A stretch of DNA of 64,000 nucleotides from Candidatus Zhuqueibacterota bacterium (lineage in GTDB: Bacteria; Zhuqueibacterota; Zhuqueibacteria; Residuimicrobiales; Krinioviventaceae). Where the stretch lies: contig JAFGJB010000214.1 of assembly GCA_016929295.1 (NCBI GenBank), forward strand, positions 10,261-74,260, read 5' to 3'. Shown piece after piece: positions 58,257-64,000 of this stretch (positions are counted from its first letter, which is position 1; each line of letters opens with the position of its first letter). The notes beneath the pieces were generated by a model. That model worked only from the letters and a program-made list of their open reading frames with translations. It was not told the origin of the DNA and searched no databases. Both the position numbers and the translations under genes were made by a program.

Positions 58257-59225
58257 ATGGCTTTCAACCGCACACTATTTAAAAGAGAAACCAACTTTTG
58301 GCAGCAACACAAGATAAAAATTGCTTCGACATTGGTGGCAATTTTTATCTGGTTCCTCGTGGTCACAGACGAAGTATATGAATATGAAACGACCATTCCA
58401 ATCGAGATCAGTCAAAAAAACCCGGACTATATCATCACCTCTAAAATACCCGCCAAAGCTCGCATCATATTGCAGGGATCAGGACGTTATCTAGTTGGCT
58501 TTATGCTGTTTCGCGAAGGGCGCTTGCGCCTCGACATCAATTGGACCGCCGGCGAACACATCCTGCTCCCCACACGCGAAAATATTTTTCTCTCAAGCAA
58601 CACTCGCAAGCTTGTCGTCAGGCAATTATTGGGACCGGATTCAATTCAATACAAGATCGAAAGATTGGTGGCCGCAAAAATTCCGGTGCGAAATACTATT
58701 ACTTTAAAGCCGATGCCTGGATATACGATTGTGGGAGATATTATTTTGGAGCCGGACTCCATCCGAGTTCAAGGCCCGGAAAAAGCGGTTGCACAACTGG
58801 ACTCTGTTAACACACAAAACCTGACGCGTGACAACCTCAAGTTCCGCATCCACGAACATGTCCCCCTGCTGCCGCCTGCGGACAAACAGATTACACTCCT
58901 GGATCCCCATGTGACATTGGCGGCCGATGTTCAGCGATTATTGGAAAAAGTGATTCCTCAGGTGCCGGTCACGGTGCGATACTTGCCGCAAAACATCGAT
59001 GCGCTCGTTCATCCATCCCACATCTCGCTGAAAGTACAAGGTGGCATGCAGATTATTTCACCGTTGAACGCAAATGATATTAACGCCTACGTGGAATATC
59101 AAGCCACACCCGACTCGATATTGACGAACATCCCCATATCGATCGAACCGATTCCGGGAGTCAGTTTTCGCGATAAAAGCTCGGAACGGGTTAAAATTAC
59201 ATTCATCCGTCATACGGACCAATAG
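58257..59225 (+). CDS. YbbR-like domain membrane protein (CdaR-like)
   Basis: An N-terminal TM helix followed by repeated beta-rich ~80-aa segments typical of YbbR repeats. Tentative. Confidence 0.4.
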   Translation: MAFNRTLFKRETNFWQQHKIKIASTLVAIFIWFLVVTDEVYEYETTIPIEISQKNPDYIITSKIPAKARIILQGSGRYLVGFMLFREGRLRLDINWTAGEHILLPTRENIFLSSNTRKLVVRQLLGPDSIQYKIERLVAAKIPVRNTITLKPMPGYTIVGDIILEPDSIRVQGPEKAVAQLDSVNTQNLTRDNLKFRIHEHVPLLPPADKQITLLDPHVTLAADVQRLLEKVIPQVPVTVRYLPQNIDALVHPSHISLKVQGGMQIISPLNANDINAYVEYQATPDSILTNIPISIEPIPGVSFRDKSSERVKITFIRHTDQ

Positions 59226-59239
59226 GGGACACGCCTCAT

Positions 59240-60250
59240 ATGACCGTCCTGGGCATCGAGACATCGTGCGATGAGACAAGCGCTGCCGTTGTGAATGAGC
59301 GGACAATTCTGTCAAATATCATCACCACACAGACCATTCATCAAGATTACGGCGGCGTCGTCCCCGAGTTTGCATCCCGCGCCCATCTCAAACAGCTCGT
59401 CCCCATTATCAACATGGCACTGGCCAGGGCAGAGCTGACGCTGACTGATCTGGATGGCATTGCTGTCACGCATGGCCCCGGTTTGGCCGGCTCTCTCCTG
59501 GTTGGCCTCGGCGTCGCGAAAGGACTTGCTCTCAGCCTGAATGTGCCATTCATCGGCATCAATCATCTGGAAGGCCACATTCTCGCCGTCGCCGGAGACA
59601 ATCCGGCGATCGATTGCCCATATATTGCCATGGTCGCTTCAGGAGGACACTCCCTGCTCGTATTGGTGGAAAAGCCATTTCAATACCAGATAGTTGGCCA
59701 GACAATCGATGACGCCGCAGGGGAAGCATTTGACAAAGTAGCGCATGTCCTGCAGCTTGGCTATCCCGGAGGACCCACTATCGAAAAAACAGCCAAAGAG
59801 GGGAACGCTCGAGCCATCGATTTTCCCCGGGCGCTCTGGGGGAAAAACAACCTTGATTTCAGCTTCAGCGGCCTGAAAACAGCCGTCCTCTATTATGTGC
59901 AGAAAAAAAAGCGCCACGGCGAATCGTTTTCCATAGCCGATGTGGCTGCCAGTTTTCAGCAAGCTGTTGTGGATGTCCTGGTTGAAAAAACATTTCGAGC
60001 TTTGCACGCCTATGGATGCCGACAACTCGTACTGGCCGGCGGTGTAGTCCGAAATACGGTTCTGCGCAGAGAATTCGAATCGAGATGCAAAACGGAGCAG
60101 ATCGCACTGCGGATTCCCGACCCGATCCTCTGCACAGATAATGCCGGAATGATCGCCCGCGCCGGCCTTTTTCGCCTGCAAAGGGGAGAACGTTCAGACT
60201 ATGGTCTGGACGTCTGTCCAAATCTCGCTATCGATCAAATTTGCTCATGA
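59240..60250 (+). CDS. tsaD: tRNA N6-adenosine threonylcarbamoyltransferase
   Basis: MTVLGIETSCDETSAAVV and HLEGH metal-binding motifs. Confidence 0.9.
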   Translation: MTVLGIETSCDETSAAVVNERTILSNIITTQTIHQDYGGVVPEFASRAHLKQLVPIINMALARAELTLTDLDGIAVTHGPGLAGSLLVGLGVAKGLALSLNVPFIGINHLEGHILAVAGDNPAIDCPYIAMVASGGHSLLVLVEKPFQYQIVGQTIDDAAGEAFDKVAHVLQLGYPGGPTIEKTAKEGNARAIDFPRALWGKNNLDFSFSGLKTAVLYYVQKKKRHGESFSIADVAASFQQAVVDVLVEKTFRALHAYGCRQLVLAGGVVRNTVLRREFESRCKTEQIALRIPDPILCTDNAGMIARAGLFRLQRGERSDYGLDVCPNLAIDQICS

Positions 60251-60331
60251 AACATCAGTGAGAGAGGTGCCGAACTGAACAATCTCCATTTAACTTTTTC
60301 ATGGAACGCAGCCATTCTGCTCGCCCTTCTC

Positions 60332-62422
60332 TTGAGCGCCGGCCTTTTTTCAATTTATGTCTATCGCCGCACCAATCCGGTTGTATCTCATATTTTACGC
60401 GTCATACTCACTCTCCTGCGCACAGTGAGCCTCCTGCTGTTGCTTTTTATCATCTATGAAACGACACTTCATTTTCGCTATAACAAAACCAATCCACCCA
60501 TTCTAGCAATCGCCGTTGACAACAGCGCCAGCATGACCATCACTGACAGCAATGGCTCCCGCCAAAGCACTCTGCATGATATTCTCAACAGCGATCATCT
60601 GGTTGAACTGGGACGTAAATTTCAAATCGTTTTTTACCGCTTTTCCAATCACATTGAGCCATACAGCACAACTCAAGGGGATTCATTGGACTTTCTGGGA
60701 GATGTGACAAATATCAGCAAAAGTCTTGAGCTCATCGTGGCGCGTCACGCCACGGAAAACCTGACCAACATACTCTTGATATCAGACGGCAGCTATAATG
60801 AAGGAGGAAATCCTCTTCGCTATGCGGAAGAGCTGGGCGTTCCAGTCCATACCATTGGCATCGGATCAAGCGATCCCGTGATCGATCTGGCGATCACAGC
60901 CGTGGATGCTCATCCCTTCACCTATGTCAATCAATCCACACCGGTGCAGGTTACAATACGAAACACGGGATTTGACAAATTGAGTGTTCCGCTCGAACTG
61001 CGGCAGGAGGACGTCCTCCGAGAAACAGTGCAGCTGCCCGCCTCGCCCGCGGAAAAAACGGTGACGATGAGCTTCACCCCCACAAAAGTCGGGCGGGCCA
61101 AAGTCGAGCTCAACGTACCTCAACAGGTTGGCGAACACCTCGTCGACAACAATTCGCGCACGGTCTATATAGATGTATTCAAAGAAAAACTGCAGATATT
61201 ATTGATTGCCGGCGCCGTCACACCGGATATCTCTTTTATCAAAACAATCCTGCAAAACGATCGTTATCAGATCAAAGACCACATCCGCAGATCAAAAGGT
61301 GAATTTTACCAACAGCCCCTCTCATTTGAAACCCTGCAGGAAACGGATATCTTTATATTTTTAGATTTTCCAATGCACGGTATGGATCAATCGTTCAGCC
61401 AAAATCTGTCAGCCAGTCTAAACTCGAAAAAGCAGTCGGTACTGTTCATCCCGGGCATTCATATCTCCCTGGCAGAGGTGACAAAATTGGCCAATTTCAT
61501 ACCGCTGCAAAATGCTGTGATGTTACCAAAAGAACGCCTCGTCCGCGCCGAACCCTCTCCGCTTGGATTGAATCACCCGATCTTGCAGACCAATCTCGAT
61601 CCACTGCACTCCAAAACGGTTTGGCAGCAGTTGCCGCCCGTTTTTGCCGCTCTCCTTGTGCAACAGGTGCCGCCGGGCACGGAAGTATTAGCCTATGCGC
61701 GCTTTGCGGATCAGGCAAATAGCGGCCTAGCGCCCCTCATTGTTGCCAGAGTTCATGGACAGCAAAAATCAGCCGCCATCTTTGCCCATCAGCTGTGGCG
61801 CTGGGATTTTATGATGAGCGGCATAAACCGTTCCGATAAAGTTTACACCCATCTGCTGCAAAATATCATGCGCTGGCTCGAAACCAATCGTTCCGAGAGT
61901 CTTGTTCGCGTGAGCATGGACAAGACACACTATAATTATGGTGATCCCATATCCATGAGTATCGACGTGTTTGACGAGAATTTGAATCCTGTTGAAAAAG
62001 CCGACGTAAAAGTGACGCTCGAAAAACCCGCCCAAGAGTTCCCGTCCCGTCCCCAGGGCGGAGGAGCTTACAGTGTTGTTCTGGGAACGCCACAACCCGG
62101 TGACTATACGGCAAAGGTGACGGCCGAAATCAACGGGCATCGGCTGGGTGAGGAGACAGTGTTGTTTTCGGTGGGTGAGTATAGCGCCGAATTGACCGAT
62201 ATTCAGGCGCAGCCGGCCGTGCTGCAGGCCTTGTCGCGCGTCACTGGCGGTCAGTTTTTGACAACGGATTCTCTCTCCCAAATGACCTCAATCCGGGGCG
62301 AAAGCACGACGATGCCCCTGACGATCGAAAATGAATTATGGAACAATAAATATATTCTCATCCTCATACTGCTCTTTTTGACGCTGGAATGGTTCATCCG
62401 AAAGAGGACCGGCATGGTCTAA
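60332..62422 (+). CDS. Membrane-anchored von Willebrand factor A domain protein (BatA/BatB-like)
   Basis: N-terminal TM helix, the MIDAS motif AVDNSASM (DxSxS), and a C-terminal TM helix. The start codon is uncertain (TTG 60332; the ORF is open from 60293). Confidence 0.55.
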   Translation: MSAGLFSIYVYRRTNPVVSHILRVILTLLRTVSLLLLLFIIYETTLHFRYNKTNPPILAIAVDNSASMTITDSNGSRQSTLHDILNSDHLVELGRKFQIVFYRFSNHIEPYSTTQGDSLDFLGDVTNISKSLELIVARHATENLTNILLISDGSYNEGGNPLRYAEELGVPVHTIGIGSSDPVIDLAITAVDAHPFTYVNQSTPVQVTIRNTGFDKLSVPLELRQEDVLRETVQLPASPAEKTVTMSFTPTKVGRAKVELNVPQQVGEHLVDNNSRTVYIDVFKEKLQILLIAGAVTPDISFIKTILQNDRYQIKDHIRRSKGEFYQQPLSFETLQETDIFIFLDFPMHGMDQSFSQNLSASLNSKKQSVLFIPGIHISLAEVTKLANFIPLQNAVMLPKERLVRAEPSPLGLNHPILQTNLDPLHSKTVWQQLPPVFAALLVQQVPPGTEVLAYARFADQANSGLAPLIVARVHGQQKSAAIFAHQLWRWDFMMSGINRSDKVYTHLLQNIMRWLETNRSESLVRVSMDKTHYNYGDPISMSIDVFDENLNPVEKADVKVTLEKPAQEFPSRPQGGGAYSVVLGTPQPGDYTAKVTAEINGHRLGEETVLFSVGEYSAELTDIQAQPAVLQALSRVTGGQFLTTDSLSQMTSIRGESTTMPLTIENELWNNKYILILILLFLTLEWFIRKRTGMV

Positions 62423-62513
62423 ATATCTGCAATCAAGGCTGCTCTTCGCAGGTATAATAATTGATGCATTTTGGCTCATCTCCTCTCAACAAATAGTACC
62501 ACGCTCGCAGAGA

Positions 62514-64000
62514 TCAGACTTTGGACTTTTTCCACTCCCACACGCCGTCATTGTATTCGGCCGTCCATTTGGTCGCCTGGCCATCGCGGATCGATCCAAG
62601 ATATTGATAGCGCTCTTTTCTCTTCCATTTGATCACGGCTTTATTGCCATCGGGATCAGTTTGTGGCGCATCAGCCAGATAATAGAATTTGGCATCAAGT
62701 TCATGTCGATGGCGCGCCAGATCCTCGACCAGCGGACTGCGGGTTTCGCGTGATTTCGGAAACGTATGGGCCGCTAAAAAGAGTCCGGCCAGTCCTTCGC
62801 GTAACAAAAAGTGCGCAGCAGACTTTTCACATTTCAATTCCGGCATTGGCACGGGTGCAGCCATCGGCGGCGCCGGCTGTCCGTTGCGCATCAACTTGCG
62901 AGTGCTCTTGCATTCCTGTCCCGTGCAGGCAAAATATTTGCCGAATCGTCCGCTCTTGAGCTGCATATCAGAACCGCATTTTTCGCACTGAATGATTGGA
63001 CCGTCATAGCCTTTCATCCGAAAGTCGCCTTGTTCAATGAGCGCGCCGCGGCAATCGGGGCTGTTCCCGCATATGTGCAATCGTCGCTTTTCATCGATGA
63101 ACCAGGAGTCCATGGCCGTCCCGCAGATCAGACAGCGCTTTTTCGCCAGTATTTCTTCGGCGCTGCCTTCCTCATCGTTCGCGCTCACGGCGACGGACTC
63201 GTCAGCGGGAGTGAGAGGAATGGTCGCGCGGCAGCGTTCTTTGACGGGCTTGTCATAACCGGTGCAACTCAGAAATGTGCCGGTGCTTGCCGTGCGAGCG
63301 ACCATCGGCAATCGGCAGACCGGACACTTGATAGTGACCGGAACGGGCGGATTCAGCCGCATATGCTCATGAGCCCGAGCCATCGTCACCTTGAAGCCGG
63401 CGTAAAATTTATCCAGCGCCTCTTGCCACTGCTCACGCCCACGGGCGATCTCATCCAGCTGTTTTTCCATGCCGGCGGTGAAATCATAGTCCATGAGCTC
63501 CTGGAAATTTTCCAACAGCCGGTCCGTGACAATATCGCCGATTTTTTGTGCGTAAAAACGACGATTGGCGAGCCGCACATAACCGCGCTCCTGGATCGTC
63601 GAAATGATCGAGGCGTATGTTGAAGGTCGACCGATGCCGCGTTTTTCCAGCTCTTTGACGAGACTGGCTTCGCTATAGCGCGGCGGCGGTTTGGTGAAAT
63701 GCTGCACCGGATCAAGTTCAATGAGCTGTAACTTTTCGCCGACATGCACAGTCGGCAAGATTGTCTCCTCGTCGGCTGTCTTTGCCGATGGCAGCACCTT
63801 CATCCAGCCGTCAAAGCGCATGACGCGTCCGCTGGCGCGCAGTTCATAGGCATCGGCTTTGATGGTGATGGTCGTGCGATCAAATTCAGCAGTGGTCATC
63901 TGACAGGCGACGAACTGCCGCCAGATGAGATCGTACAATCGCATCTCATCTTTTTCAAGATGCAGCACATCGGGCGTTTTATCGACATCTGTCGGCCTGA
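62514..64000 (-). CDS. topA: DNA topoisomerase I, C-terminal part (N-terminus beyond window end)
   Basis: Topo IA core motifs (GIGRPSTYASII) and C-terminal C4 zinc ribbons (CPVCRLPMV...CTGY; CEKCGSDM...CTG). The ORF is open to the window edge. Confidence 0.85.
   Translation of the reverse strand, partial: RPTDVDKTPDVLHLEKDEMRLYDLIWRQFVACQMTTAEFDRTTITIKADAYELRASGRVMRFDGWMKVLPSAKTADEETILPTVHVGEKLQLIELDPVQHFTKPPPRYSEASLVKELEKRGIGRPSTYASIISTIQERGYVRLANRRFYAQKIGDIVTDRLLENFQELMDYDFTAGMEKQLDEIARGREQWQEALDKFYAGFKVTMARAHEHMRLNPPVPVTIKCPVCRLPMVARTASTGTFLSCTGYDKPVKERCRATIPLTPADESVAVSANDEEGSAEEILAKKRCLICGTAMDSWFIDEKRRLHICGNSPDCRGALIEQGDFRMKGYDGPIIQCEKCGSDMQLKSGRFGKYFACTGQECKSTRKLMRNGQPAPPMAAPVPMPELKCEKSAAHFLLREGLAGLFLAAHTFPKSRETRSPLVEDLARHRHELDAKFYYLADAPQTDPDGNKAVIKWKRKERYQYLGSIRDGQATKWTAEYNDGVWEWKKSKV

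Noticed and set aside
62811-63623. 270-aa plus-strand ORF inside topA
   Set aside because: It is antisense to the topoisomerase I zinc-ribbon region, and its Arg/Ala-rich composition is typical of GC-rich antisense frames.

Overview
This is a 64-kb window of high-GC bacterial chromosome (about 55-60% GC in most genes). A type IX secretion C-terminal sorting domain (T9SS CTD) on a large protease suggests a member of the FCB-type superphylum. I could not determine the phylum, and no search was run.

Gene content, in order:
- 1-23,264: one long unidirectional gene string on the minus strand. It runs uvrB, purD, a GalE-like epimerase, a PspF-like sigma-54 activator, an LptE-like lipoprotein, an acidic TPR protein, a GT2 glycosyltransferase, a 1404-aa S8 subtilase (FG-GAP repeats, T9SS CTD), coaE, comEC, a transmembrane pseudokinase with PEGA domains, and a giant repeat-rich surface protein.
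- The giant gene (start 5532, running off the window at position 1) is absent from the supplied ORF track because it has no stop codon inside the window. I recovered it by reading the minus strand by hand.
- 23,404-30,349 (plus strand): a GHL10-like hydrolase-fold protein fused to an NHL propeller, a deoxyhypusine-synthase-like protein, a 450-bp AT-rich intergenic region with helically phased direct repeats, and two unrecognised genes.
- 30,357-46,233 (minus strand): a lower-GC exopolysaccharide locus. It encodes Wza, a Wzc BY-kinase, the priming phosphoglycosyltransferase, a GT4, AsnB, a GlpD-like FAD oxidoreductase, a SAM methyltransferase, a pyruvyl transferase, epimerases, and a flippase-like/acetyltransferase fusion. 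A STAS-domain protein leads the locus, behind a near-consensus sigma-54 promoter.
- 46.5-64 kb: housekeeping genes. These are glgA, ybgF, an outer-membrane protein, lgt, an LpxH-like phosphoesterase, ispE, tRNA-Gln, prs, rplY, pth, rpsF-ssb-rpsR-rplI, tsaD, a vWA protein, and a partial topA.

No CRISPR array, transposase or integrase was seen.
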